From NCBI GenBank assembly GCA_963640185.1, contig CAVHXU010000010.1, forward strand, positions 14,066 to 78,065: a stretch of 64,000 nucleotides of DNA, written 5' to 3'. The notes beneath the pieces were generated by a model. The model was not told where the DNA came from. It did not search any database and saw nothing but the letters and a program-made list of their open reading frames with translations. A program made the position numbers and the translations under genes. Source of the stretch: Lachnospiraceae bacterium (GTDB lineage Bacteria; Bacteroidota; Bacteroidia; Bacteroidales; UBA932). Positions 24,232-33,879 of the stretch are shown here, piece by piece (position 1 is the first letter of the stretch; every line of letters starts with the position of its first letter).

Positions 24232-27200
24232 TTAGTTAAACATATATTTGATACCCACTGAAGCATACCAGCACTGTCCGATGGCGTGATAAGGCACGAA
24301 TGTCTTTGTCGAGCCGCTGATGGCGGACGGTGTGGAGAACGTAGGATAGCCGTCCGCATCCATTCCCTCATATTTGAGGATACGTGCGTCCGAGCCTATT
24401 TCCGGATTGAGATACTTGGCCACGCCCCACTGCGAGTGGAAGAGATTGGCCACGTTCTTGAGATCGAAGCTGAGCTGGAGCCTGTTGACGGAGTTGCCGA
24501 TCTTGACCTTGAAGTCGTGCTTGTAGCCGAAGTCTATCCTGTGAAGCCAAGGTGAATATACGCTGTAGGCCTCTGCATACCCTCCCTGATGTTTGCTCAG
24601 ATACTTGTCCTTGTGGACATAGTCCATAAAGCGGTCACGGTCGCTCTCTGACACGAAGCGGAACTCGCCGTCAGCCACCTGCTTGTCGGTAGGGATATAG
24701 ACGGAGTCGTAGTTGTAGCCGTCCTTGTTCATATCGTTCACGGTCATATAGGAGTAGTTGTAGCCGCCCCTGTATGCCTCATAGATGAGCGAGAAATGGT
24801 TGCCGCAATGGTCGTGATATGTGGCGGACGCGATTACGCGGTCAGGAATCACGTTGATGGAGTTGTGGAGCTTGATATTGTTCGGACCGGCGTAGGTAGG
24901 AACGTAGGTGAACGCGGACTCGGCTGCCGAGCCTGGCATACTGGTAAGCTCCTTGGACACCGTGTGAGTGTATGCCGCCATCAAATCCACCTCAGGGATA
25001 GGAGACATCTTGAGGGTGACGTTGGTCATATATCCATAGCCCTTGCTGGTGTTGCCGAGGACGAATGCCTTGGTGCCGGTGCGGTAGTTGTCAGGATAGA
25101 TAGGGCGGTTGTCCGCTCCGTTCATCTTGGCGAAGCTTCTGACATCCGCGATGCTCCAGTCGGAGATGGTCACGCCGTTGACCGTCTTGTTGTAGATGAA
25201 CTCGCCGGAAATGGAGAACGGGAACGAGGTAGGGAACGCATAGTCGAGAGCGACTGAAGACTTCCATACCTGAGGCATCTTGAAGCTCGGGTCAACCGCG
25301 GAGATTGAACTCGGGACGGTGCCGTCTTCTGCAGTGTAGGTGGAAGGGAAGATGCTCTTGCCGTCCTCTGTCTTCATCCCGATAAGCTTCTGGTAGAGAG
25401 CGTCCACTGTGGCCTTGCCGTTGGCGTCGGTGACGAGTCCGCCGGCAAATGCGCTCATATCATATCCGGCTTTCGCGCCGTTCTTGGCATTGAGCTGCGC
25501 CTGATACTGGACGCTGCCGCTGTTGGTAGGCATGTTGGTGAAGAACACGAGCGGGAGACGGCCGGTGAAGAGACCTGTACCGCCGCGGAACTTGAGGCTC
25601 TTGTCGCCGAGGATGTCCCAGGTGAAGCCTACGCGAGGAGAGAAGGACACGTTGGAAGTCGGCCATTTGCCGGTGTCAATGTGAGTCTCCTTGAAGTCCT
25701 TTGCTTTCGGATAGTAATTGAGCGCAAGGATAGCGTTGTTGGTGACGAGGTCCTTGTTGTTGAAGAACAGACCGTCGAGACGGAGACCTGCGGTGAGGGT
25801 GAAGTTCCTGGTCGGAGTCCACTCCTCCTGTGCATAGATGCTCGCCTGATGGAACTGCACGCGTGCGGCAGGGTTCTTCTCGCCGTTGTAGCCGTAGGTG
25901 AGGCAGACGGTGGAAGGAGCCGCTCCGTTGAGGAAGTCGCTCAGGGAATCGTAGCGGTAGTAGCCCGTACCGTTTCTCATATAGGCGTTGTCGGCCATCT
26001 GGTACTCATAGCGGAGACCGGCCGTGATCTTGTGGTTGCCGACGGTGTATGTGAGGTCGTCCTTGATGTTGGCGATGGTGTTGTGCACCGCGTTGTTCCA
26101 AGTGAAGAGCTCATAACCGAGAGCCATATAGTTGTCTGTGCCGTCAGCGCCTGCGACATCGCCGTCGAGGATGTCGATGAACGGGAACTCGCTTGAGTTC
26201 GTGCCCCTGACATCGTTCAGCACGGACACAGTGGCCAGAACCTGATTGGAGAGGTCTTCAGTGATGCGGCTATTCAAGTCAACTGATGCGGAGTGGACCA
26301 CATTCTTGATCGAGTACATCGAGTTGGCGAAAGACATGGAGTTCTTGGACATACGGTAGCTTGCAGCTCGTGTGCCGCCATCCATTGACGTGCCGTTCGG
26401 CGAATTCCACGCATTGTTGAGCGTGTAGTTGTAACGGACTGCGAGATGGTGGTTCTGAGTGATGTTCCAGTCGATGCGGGCGAGGACTTTCATATTGCTC
26501 TCGTCGGCAGGGAAGCTAGTGTAGGAACCCGTGTCGTAGCCGTATTTCTCCTTCACGAACTCGGATACCTTCTGCAGGTCCGCCACGGTAGTTCTCGAGA
26601 TGTAGTTGTTGGAGTCGCTTACGCCGTCCGTGGAGCCGTGCCAGCGGTTGGCGATGGTAGGGATCTTGGCGTATTCGAAGTTGACGAAGAAGAAGAGCTT
26701 GTTCTTGATGATCGGGCCGCCGAAAGTGAAGCCGTAAGTGGTCTTGCGGTCCTTGCTTCTGGCACCGGAAATCTGCTCGCCGTCAACAGTGTCACCGCGC
26801 AGGTTTTCATTCTTGTGATATACATAGGCAGTTCCCTTGAATGTGTTCGTACCTGACTTGGTGATGGCGTTGACACCGCCGCCGATGAAGTTGGTCTGGC
26901 GCACGTCGTACGGCGAGATGACAACCTGAAGCTCATCGATGGCGTCGATGGAGATAGGGTTGCCGCCGCCCGGAAGGTTGGAGCTGAGACCGAAGTTGTT
27001 GTTGAAGTTGGCTCCGTCAACGGTGAAGTTGCCCAGACGGCCGTCAGATCCCGCGAAACTCATTCCGTTGCCACCGTAAGGCGAAAGCCTCGTGATGTCG
27101 GTGATGCTTCTGCTCACAGTCGGGAGAGCCTCCATCTCGCGGTTGGAGATGTTGGTGGCCGCACCTGTCTTCTCAACCGAGAACTTGGAGGAAGCGTTGG

Positions 27201-27570
27201 AGATCACCACCGCCTCGCTGAGCATTTCGGCATCTTCGTTGAGCTTCGCGTTGATGTTGAACACCTCGGCAAGCTGGAGGTTGATGTCGGTGTAGTTGAC
27301 AGCCTGATATCCCAAGCAGGAAATCTCGACTGTGTAGGGTCCACCGGCTCTCATACCATTGATGGCGAAACGGCCCTCAGAGTTGGTCACAGAGGCGTAC
27401 TGAGTACCGGACTCGGCGTGACGCGCAATGACTGCGGCGCCCACGACCGGTTGACCGTTCTCATCCGACACTTGACCATTTAGACTGGAAGTAGTGACCT
27501 GTGCGAAAGCAGTCACACCCATGAGAATCGCTGCGAACGCAGCAAGAAAACTTTTAAGAGTTTGTCTCAT
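24232..27570 (-). CDS. TonB-dependent receptor, Oar-like with N-terminal carboxypeptidase-regulatory domain
   Basis: AQVTTSSLNG, GGPY, NFTVDGANFNNNFGL, PISIDAI, GG.VNAITKSGTN, C-terminal Y.FN. Confidence 0.9.
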   Translation of the reverse strand: MRQTLKSFLAAFAAILMGVTAFAQVTTSSLNGQVSDENGQPVVGAAVIARHAESGTQYASVTNSEGRFAINGMRAGGPYTVEISCLGYQAVNYTDINLQLAEVFNINAKLNEDAEMLSEAVVISNASSKFSVEKTGAATNISNREMEALPTVSRSITDITRLSPYGGNGMSFAGSDGRLGNFTVDGANFNNNFGLSSNLPGGGNPISIDAIDELQVVISPYDVRQTNFIGGGVNAITKSGTNTFKGTAYVYHKNENLRGDTVDGEQISGARSKDRKTTYGFTFGGPIIKNKLFFFVNFEYAKIPTIANRWHGSTDGVSDSNNYISRTTVADLQKVSEFVKEKYGYDTGSYTSFPADESNMKVLARIDWNITQNHHLAVRYNYTLNNAWNSPNGTSMDGGTRAASYRMSKNSMSFANSMYSIKNVVHSASVDLNSRITEDLSNQVLATVSVLNDVRGTNSSEFPFIDILDGDVAGADGTDNYMALGYELFTWNNAVHNTIANIKDDLTYTVGNHKITAGLRYEYQMADNAYMRNGTGYYRYDSLSDFLNGAAPSTVCLTYGYNGEKNPAARVQFHQASIYAQEEWTPTRNFTLTAGLRLDGLFFNNKDLVTNNAILALNYYPKAKDFKETHIDTGKWPTSNVSFSPRVGFTWDILGDKSLKFRGGTGLFTGRLPLVFFTNMPTNSGSVQYQAQLNAKNGAKAGYDMSAFAGGLVTDANGKATVDALYQKLIGMKTEDGKSIFPSTYTAEDGTVPSSISAVDPSFKMPQVWKSSVALDYAFPTSFPFSISGEFIYNKTVNGVTISDWSIADVRSFAKMNGADNRPIYPDNYRTGTKAFVLGNTSKGYGYMTNVTLKMSPIPEVDLMAAYTHTVSKELTSMPGSAAESAFTYVPTYAGPNNIKLHNSINVIPDRVIASATYHDHCGNHFSLIYEAYRGGYNYSYMTVNDMNKDGYNYDSVYIPTDKQVADGEFRFVSESDRDRFMDYVHKDKYLSKHQGGYAEAYSVYSPWLHRIDFGYKHDFKVKIGNSVNRLQLSFDLKNVANLFHSQWGVAKYLNPEIGSDARILKYEGMDADGYPTFSTPSAISGSTKTFVPYHAIGQCWYASVGIKYMFN

Positions 27571-27605
27571 AATGGTTTAAGTTAGTAATGAATTGTTTTA
27601 CGGCG

Positions 27606-27613
27606 CAAAGATA
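27606..27613 (-). promoter_or_regulatory. -7 promoter box (TATCTTTG) for the receptor operon
   Basis: TAnnTTTGC match 35 nt upstream of the ATG. Confidence 0.65.
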
Positions 27614-27716
27614 ATCTAAATTTAGGATTTTAGCAGGTTTTTCGAAGCATTATTAACTGATTTTTAACGGATTGAAACTTTTGCACATTTTTGCTTTGAA
27701 ATCGATATTTTATGCC

Positions 27717-27724
27717 TACCTTTG
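27717..27724 (+). promoter_or_regulatory. -7 promoter box (TACCTTTG) for metK
   Basis: TAnnTTTGC match with an upstream TTTG. Confidence 0.65.
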
Positions 27725-27783
27725 CCCTCCCAAAATTCGTGGACAGATTTGACTGCTTGCAACCACGGGAAAAAATGCTAAAT

Positions 27784-29127
27784 ATGGAAAAATATCTTTT
27801 TACATCGGAATCAGTTTCCGAAGGTCACCCGGACAAGGTCTCAGACCAGATTTCAGACGCCATCCTTGATGAATTTTTAAGACAGGACCCCGAAGCGAAG
27901 GTCGCCTGCGAGACGTTCTGCAGCACAGGACTTGTGATTGTGGGCGGCGAGGTGCGCTCGGACGACGCCTATGTCGATATCCCGCATACTGTCCGCAGAG
28001 TCATAGACCGGATAGGCTACAACAAGGCGGAATACCGCTTCGACAGCAATTCCTGCGGCATACTGAGCGCGGTACACGAACAGAGCGCCGACATCAACAG
28101 AGGAGTGGACAGGGATGTCGCCGCCGGAGAGGACGCGGCGGATGCTCAGGGAGCCGGAGACCAGGGAATGATGTTCGGCTACGCCTGCCGCGACACCGAG
28201 GAATATATGCCTCTGCCGCTGTCCCTTTCGCATCTGGCGCTTAGAACTCTCGCAGACATACGCCGGGAGGGAGTCGTCCCCTATCTCAGGCCGGACGCCA
28301 AGTCCCAGTTTACCGTCGAATACGAAGCCGGCGGCAACAGGCCGCTCAGGGTGCACACCATAGTCATTTCCACCCAGCACGACGAGTTTCTCGACGACGA
28401 TGAGGCGATGCAGAGGAAGATACGCGAGGATGTGAAGAACGTGCTGCTGCCGAGGATGCTGAAATCGCTTCCGGAGCGGACGGCCGCGCTGTTCAAGGGG
28501 GAATATGATGCCGCGGACAACCCGGAGGGCTACATCCTCCACGTCAACCCGACCGGCAAGTTCGTCATCGGAGGTCCCCACGGGGACACCGGACTCACGG
28601 GGCGCAAGATCATAGTGGACACCTACGGGGGAAAGGGAGCGCACGGCGGCGGAGCCTTCTCGGGCAAGGATCCGTCCAAGGTGGACCGTTCGGCAGCCTA
28701 TGCGGCGCGTCACATCGCCAAAAATATGGTGGCGGCCGGCGTGGCGGACGAGATGCTGGTGCAGATTTCCTACGCCATCGGCGTGGCCCGTCCGGTGAGT
28801 GTCTTCGTGGACACCTACGGTTCGGCCGCGATTGACCGCAGCGGAGTGCAGGGCGAAGGACGCAGGGGGCAGAAGTTCAGCGACGCCTTCATAGCATCCA
28901 AGGTCAACGAACTGTTCGACCTCAGACCCGCCAGGATCATAGAGAGATTCGGTCTGAAAAAGCCCATCTACGAGCCTACGGCAGCCTACGGACACGTCGG
29001 CAGGAAGCCGTACAAGGCCGAAGTGGAGCTTGTACGCCACGGAGTGCGCAGCCGCGAGACCGTGCAGTTCTTCGGCTGGGAGCTGCTGGACAGCGTGGAT
29101 CAGGTGAAGAAAGCGTTCGGGCTATAG
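27784..29127 (+). CDS. metK: S-adenosylmethionine synthetase
   Basis: [29 protein letters not shown]; start placed downstream of the promoter. Confidence 0.98.
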   Translation: MEKYLFTSESVSEGHPDKVSDQISDAILDEFLRQDPEAKVACETFCSTGLVIVGGEVRSDDAYVDIPHTVRRVIDRIGYNKAEYRFDSNSCGILSAVHEQSADINRGVDRDVAAGEDAADAQGAGDQGMMFGYACRDTEEYMPLPLSLSHLALRTLADIRREGVVPYLRPDAKSQFTVEYEAGGNRPLRVHTIVISTQHDEFLDDDEAMQRKIREDVKNVLLPRMLKSLPERTAALFKGEYDAADNPEGYILHVNPTGKFVIGGPHGDTGLTGRKIIVDTYGGKGAHGGGAFSGKDPSKVDRSAAYAARHIAKNMVAAGVADEMLVQISYAIGVARPVSVFVDTYGSAAIDRSGVQGEGRRGQKFSDAFIASKVNELFDLRPARIIERFGLKKPIYEPTAAYGHVGRKPYKAEVELVRHGVRSRETVQFFGWELLDSVDQVKKAFGL

Positions 29128-29167
29128 ACGAGCCCCGGCACGGGTCACAATGCACGCCCAAAGGGCG

Positions 29168-29197
29168 AGACACATTTGACAAGACACATTTGACAAG
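29168..29197. repeat. 14-bp tandem duplication (AGACACATTTGACA x2)
   Basis: Directly visible between the convergent metK and smpB genes. Confidence 0.9.
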
Positions 29198-29220
29198 CCA
29201 TACTTAATCGGAAAGACCTC

Positions 29221-29667
29221 CTATCCGCGTTCCATTTCGCGGCGGAGGTCTTTCTCCTTTATGGACTGCCGTTTGTCGAACTCCTTCTTGCCTCTCGCCA
29301 GAGCGATGAGCAGCTTGGCGTAACCCTTGTCCGAGATGAACAGCTTCACCGCCACGATGGTGAGGCCCTTTTCCTTGACGGCACGGCGAAGTCTGGTGAG
29401 CTCCGTGCGCTTGAGAAGCAGTTTGCGGTCGCGGAAGGGGTCGTGCCTGCCCCAGGTGCCCCACCAGTATTCGGCGACGTGCATATTCTTGACATACAGT
29501 TCATCGCCGCTGAAATAGCAGAAAGCATCGGCAAGAGAGGCCTTGCCGGCACGGATGGACTTGATCTCGGTGCCGGTGAGCACGATGCCGGCCACGAAAG
29601 TCTCGATGAATTCGTAGTCGAACGAGGCGCGCCTGTTCTTGATTTCTATGCCGCTGCTTTTCTTCAT
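29221..29667 (-). CDS. smpB: SsrA-binding protein
   Basis: [34 protein letters not shown]. Confidence 0.98.
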   Translation of the reverse strand: MKKSSGIEIKNRRASFDYEFIETFVAGIVLTGTEIKSIRAGKASLADAFCYFSGDELYVKNMHVAEYWWGTWGRHDPFRDRKLLLKRTELTRLRRAVKEKGLTIVAVKLFISDKGYAKLLIALARGKKEFDKRQSIKEKDLRREMERG

Positions 29668-29705
29668 CCGCGCAAAGTTACGAAAATTATGTAAATTCGC
29701 GGTCT

Positions 29706-30698
29706 ATGAGCAGTACAGATATGGATGTCAGGACGCCGGCGCCTCTTCCGGAGCCGGAGGTCATTGACCCTCAGGAAATCTACAACGCCTTCAGAGAGGG
29801 CCGCACGGACATAGTCGCAGTGGTCGGCCCCACGGCTTCCGGCAAGACCCGCTATGCCGTGGGACTCGCGAGGGCTTTTGACCGGATAGCCGGAAAGCCT
29901 GTCGCTGAGATCATCTCCGCAGATTCGAGACAGGTCTATCGGGGAATGGACATCGGCACCGGCAAGGATCTGGGAGAATACGGAGGTGTTCCGCTGCACC
30001 TGACTGACATCGCGGATGCCGGCACAAAGTACAACATCTACGAATATCAGCGCGACTTCGAGGCCGCCTACGGGGATATAATTTCCCGCGGCGGAATCCC
30101 GATTCTCTGCGGAGGGTCCGGGCTCTATGTCGAAGCCGCCATTTGCGGGTATTCGCTGCCGGCCGTACCTGAAAACGGGAGACTCCGGGCAGAACTGGAG
30201 GCCCTGCCGGACGAGGAGCTGAAACGCCGTTTCGAGTCTCTGCGCACGCCGCACAATGTCACGGACTACGACAGCAGGAAAAGGCTTATACGGGCCATCG
30301 AGATAGCCGAGTACGAGAGGATCAACCCCGTGGAGAGAAGCGCATTCCTGCCCAAGAACGCCTGGTGCATAGGCACGCTGGTAAGCCGCGAGGAGCGCAA
30401 TGCGCGCATCGACAGGAGGCTGGACGAAAGACTCGCGGAGGGGATGGTCGAGGAAGTGCGCAGTCTGTTGGAGGACAGGAATATAGCCCCAGAGGACCTT
30501 ATCTACTATGGTCTTGAGTACAAGTTCGTCACCCAGTACGTCACCGGCGTGCTGTCATACGTGGAGATGAGGGAGAAGCTGGCCACTGCCATCCATCAGT
30601 TCGCGAAACGGCAGATGACCTGGTTCCGCGGAATGGAGCGCAGGGGCGTTCACATCCACTGGGTCAGAGGTACTTCTCCGGATCCCAGTCGGGGCTGA
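29706..30698 (+). CDS. miaA: tRNA dimethylallyltransferase
   Basis: GPTASGKT, ISADSRQVYRGMDIGTGK, FAKRQMTWFR. Confidence 0.96.
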   Translation: MSSTDMDVRTPAPLPEPEVIDPQEIYNAFREGRTDIVAVVGPTASGKTRYAVGLARAFDRIAGKPVAEIISADSRQVYRGMDIGTGKDLGEYGGVPLHLTDIADAGTKYNIYEYQRDFEAAYGDIISRGGIPILCGGSGLYVEAAICGYSLPAVPENGRLRAELEALPDEELKRRFESLRTPHNVTDYDSRKRLIRAIEIAEYERINPVERSAFLPKNAWCIGTLVSREERNARIDRRLDERLAEGMVEEVRSLLEDRNIAPEDLIYYGLEYKFVTQYVTGVLSYVEMREKLATAIHQFAKRQMTWFRGMERRGVHIHWVRGTSPDPSRG

Positions 30699-31446
30699 GG
30701 TAGTCTCCGGGATGGTCTATGACAAATGAGAGATAGGTGATCGGCAGTCCCCGGGAGAGATACTGTTTCTCATAGAAAGTCTGCACTTCAAAGAGCGCCC
30801 TCACCGCATCCTGACCTGACACCGAAGCGAGCGGGCTCGACTGCAGCCTCCCGCGGTCCGCCCCGTAGATGTCAGTGGCACAGGCGAGTATCCGGAGACC
30901 GTTCTGCCCGGCTATGGCTTTGGAAAACTCGTGGAGATAGCGGCTGTCGGTCTTGAGATGGACTATGCCGCCCGGCTTCAGGAAACTGCGGTAGCGTTCC
31001 AGAAACAATCCGGATGTCAGACGCTTCTTCTCGCGGCCTATCTGGGGATCCGCGAAAGTAATCCAGAGCTCCGAGATCTCATCCTTGCCGAACAGGGCTC
31101 CTATGAACTCTATCCGCGTGCGCAGAAACACCACATTGCGAAGCTGATGCTCCTCCACGAACTTGGCTCCCTTCCAGAGCCGCGCACCCTTGATGTCGAC
31201 TCCTATGTAGTTGATCGACGGATTGCGCAGGGCAAGGTCTATGGCGTATTCCCCTTTGCCGCAACCGAGCTCCACGACTATCGGATTGGCGTTGCCGAAG
31301 ACATCTGAAGCCCAATGTCCCTTCAGAGGATGCTCTTTCAATGCACCTCCGCCGGCCGACCGGTCGAGAAGGTCATCGGCGGAGGGCTGTATCAGGCAGG
31401 AGAAAGTCTCGTTTTCCCTGAATTTGCGCAGTTTGTCCTTTCCCAT
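30664..31446 (-). CDS. trmB: tRNA (guanine-N7)-methyltransferase
   Basis: ELGCGKGEY, GVDIKGAR, WITF.DPQ, HLKTDS, TFYE. Confidence 0.95.
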   Translation of the reverse strand: MGKDKLRKFRENETFSCLIQPSADDLLDRSAGGGALKEHPLKGHWASDVFGNANPIVVELGCGKGEYAIDLALRNPSINYIGVDIKGARLWKGAKFVEEHQLRNVVFLRTRIEFIGALFGKDEISELWITFADPQIGREKKRLTSGLFLERYRSFLKPGGIVHLKTDSRYLHEFSKAIAGQNGLRILACATDIYGADRGRLQSSPLASVSGQDAVRALFEVQTFYEKQYLSRGLPITYLSFVIDHPGDYLSPDWDPEKYL

Positions 31447-31466
31447 CTGCTAATTACAAACAGCTG

Positions 31467-32792
31467 TTACTTACCGTCCCCGGACGAACTGCCGGCATCG
31501 GCTCCATTGCCTCCACGGGAACTGCCGTTCCCGCCGCCCCTGTTGTCACGGCCGCCGTTACGGCGGTTGTTGCGCTGACGGTCACGGCGGCGGTCATTGC
31601 CGTTGCCGTTGCCGCCACCATTTCCATTGCCGTTTTCCCCGCCTCCGGCATTCTGCTTCGGGCCGTTATTGCCTCCGCGGCCGTTGCGGCCGTTCTTCCT
31701 TTTCCGGCGGCGCGACTCGTCGAAGCGTGTGATACTGTCATCACCGACAGCCGACACGAACTCCGGAGCGGCCGGCTCGGGCTCGGTCTTGAGCGACTCC
31801 GGCCTGACGCCCTCGCGGTTCAGCCTCTGGACTTCCTTCACCTCCTCCGCCGAGAGAGGATAGAGATTCGCGAGCGAACCCTTGTCGTAGGAGAAGTACA
31901 TCACCTCGGCGAGAATGTCGGTCTTCATCAGGTAAGCGAGACCGTCCTGAAACTCCAGAGGATTGAGCACCTTGGGGATACGGCTCTGCGCATCCATATA
32001 CGACGCTGTCTCGTAGTTGAGACAGCATTTCAGCTTGCCGCACTGCCCCGCGAGCTTCTGGGGGTTGAGCGACAGGTCCTGAACACGCGCCGCCTGCGTG
32101 GAGATGGAGCGGAAAGTGGAGATGTAGTTGGAGCAGCAGAGCTCCCTCCCGCATACGCCGAGCCCTCCGATGAGACCGGCCTCCTGGCGAGCCCCTATCT
32201 GCTTCATTTCCACTCTGATACGGAACTCGTCCGCAAAGACTTTGATCAACTGGCGGAAGTCCACGCGACCGTCAGCGATGTAGTAGAATATGGCCTTGGT
32301 GCCGTCTCCCTGGAACTCCACGTCCCCGATCTTCATCTCAAGACTCAGTTCCTCGGCAATCTGACGGGCTCGGATCATAGTCTCGTGCTCGCGGGCAATG
32401 GCGTTCTGCCATTTCTCCAGATCGAAGAGCTTTGCCTTGCGGTAGATCTTGCGGAACTCGGAAGTCTCGGGATTCATCCCGTTGAACTTCATCTGACGGG
32501 CCACCATAGCCCCTTCCAGCGTGACTATTCCGAGGTCGTGACCGTTCACGGCCTCCACCACCACCAGATCGCCCACCTTGACGCTCTGGCCGGAAGTGTT
32601 GACATATATCCCCTTGCGCGTATTCTTGAAACGCACTTCATAATAGTCTCTGAACTTCTCCAGCGGCACATCCTTCAGCCAGTCATAGACTTCAAGCTTG
32701 CAGCAGCCGGGACGATAGTTGCACTCAAGCTCCCCCTCTTCCGTACGCCTCACCGTACATCCCCTGAAACAATCGTATATCTTACTTTCCAT
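31467..32792 (-). CDS. ricT: PSP1/RicT (YaaT) family protein with a Gly/Asn/Arg-rich tail
   Basis: RVDFRQLIK, GG.GVCGRELCC, KLAGQCGKLKCCLNYE. Confidence 0.92.
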   Translation of the reverse strand: MESKIYDCFRGCTVRRTEEGELECNYRPGCCKLEVYDWLKDVPLEKFRDYYEVRFKNTRKGIYVNTSGQSVKVGDLVVVEAVNGHDLGIVTLEGAMVARQMKFNGMNPETSEFRKIYRKAKLFDLEKWQNAIAREHETMIRARQIAEELSLEMKIGDVEFQGDGTKAIFYYIADGRVDFRQLIKVFADEFRIRVEMKQIGARQEAGLIGGLGVCGRELCCSNYISTFRSISTQAARVQDLSLNPQKLAGQCGKLKCCLNYETASYMDAQSRIPKVLNPLEFQDGLAYLMKTDILAEVMYFSYDKGSLANLYPLSAEEVKEVQRLNREGVRPESLKTEPEPAAPEFVSAVGDDSITRFDESRRRKRKNGRNGRGGNNGPKQNAGGGENGNGNGGGNGNGNDRRRDRQRNNRRNGGRDNRGGGNGSSRGGNGADAGSSSGDGK

Positions 32793-32797
32793 ACACG

Positions 32798-33868
32798 CTA
32801 AACATTGACGAACATCCTGTCAACCAGATCACAGAACAGCATCTTGGAGCTGACGTTGCGCCCCAGAAGCTCCACCACCTTGTCCAGAGCCGACAATGTC
32901 TTGAGGCAGAAGCCGGAACTGAGACGGGGAGCCACGCTTTCGCAGAATTCCCTCTCCCGCTCCGGGATGTCCGCCAGTTCCTCCATCGCCCGGCGGGATC
33001 CACCGTCGAGAGTCCGGCTCCGGTTCAGAATGAATATCTTTCGCAGACAGGATGCTGCAAATATACAAAAACCTTTCTGTTTTTCCTTTGAGGGCAGCGC
33101 ATCCATTTTCTCGGCAGATTCCAGAGCCGCCGGCAAATCTCTCTCAAGGATGGCCCGGATGCACTCGGACCATATCCCGAAGAACTCCCCGTCAGCGTCG
33201 GACCCGGTTTTCAGAGTTTTCCGCTCCTCTCTGGACAGGGGTAATACGCGGAGTGCCTGACAGCGGGAGAAGATGGTCTGCATCACTTTCTCGGGGCTGT
33301 GGCAGATGAGGATGAAAACCGTCTTTTCAGGCGGTTCCTCTATGATTTTCAGCAGCTTGTTGGCAGCCTCCGCATTCATCGCCTCCGGCAGATACATTAT
33401 CACGGCCTTGTAGCCGCGGCTTACCGATGTCAGCGACAGCTTGGAAATGATGGACTTGGCTTCCTGCACGGCGATGATTCCGCTGCGGCTCTCAAGCCCG
33501 AGTGCTTCCTGGAGGTCGGCCTCGGTGAAATAGGGGTCGGACAGCGCCAATTCCCGCCATTGCCGGATATATGTGTCCGAAGTGGGCTTGTCCACCGATG
33601 ATTTCGTACCCTTGTTGACAGGGAACACAAAATGCATGTCGGGATGTATGAGCTTCGAGATCTGGCGGCAGCTCGGACATTCGCCGCAGGAGTCGCCGTT
33701 CTGCGGATTGTGGCAGTTGAGCCTCTGGATATATGCGAGGGCAAGGGCGAGGGCTCCGGAGCCGTCGTTCTCGTAGAAAAGCATCGCGTGGGCGACCCGT
33801 CCGGTGTCAGCCATCGTCCGCAGGGCCCTCACAGCCGCTTCATTCCCCCGTATGTCCGAAAACTTCAT
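32798..33868 (-). CDS. holB: DNA polymerase III delta-prime subunit
   Basis: CGECPSC..HPD, AANKLLKIIEEPP, TIFSRCQ. Confidence 0.92.
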   Translation of the reverse strand: MKFSDIRGNEAAVRALRTMADTGRVAHAMLFYENDGSGALALALAYIQRLNCHNPQNGDSCGECPSCRQISKLIHPDMHFVFPVNKGTKSSVDKPTSDTYIRQWRELALSDPYFTEADLQEALGLESRSGIIAVQEAKSIISKLSLTSVSRGYKAVIMYLPEAMNAEAANKLLKIIEEPPEKTVFILICHSPEKVMQTIFSRCQALRVLPLSREERKTLKTGSDADGEFFGIWSECIRAILERDLPAALESAEKMDALPSKEKQKGFCIFAASCLRKIFILNRSRTLDGGSRRAMEELADIPEREREFCESVAPRLSSGFCLKTLSALDKVVELLGRNVSSKMLFCDLVDRMFVNV

Positions 33869-33879
33869 AGCCGCTTATC

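Noticed and set aside
27725..27783. SAM riboswitch upstream of metK
   Set aside because: The leader is only about 55 nt and I could not recognise a SAM riboswitch consensus; an Rfam cmscan would settle it
30664..30698. 35-bp convergent overlap of miaA and trmB
   Set aside because: Ordinary tail-to-tail overlap in a compact region
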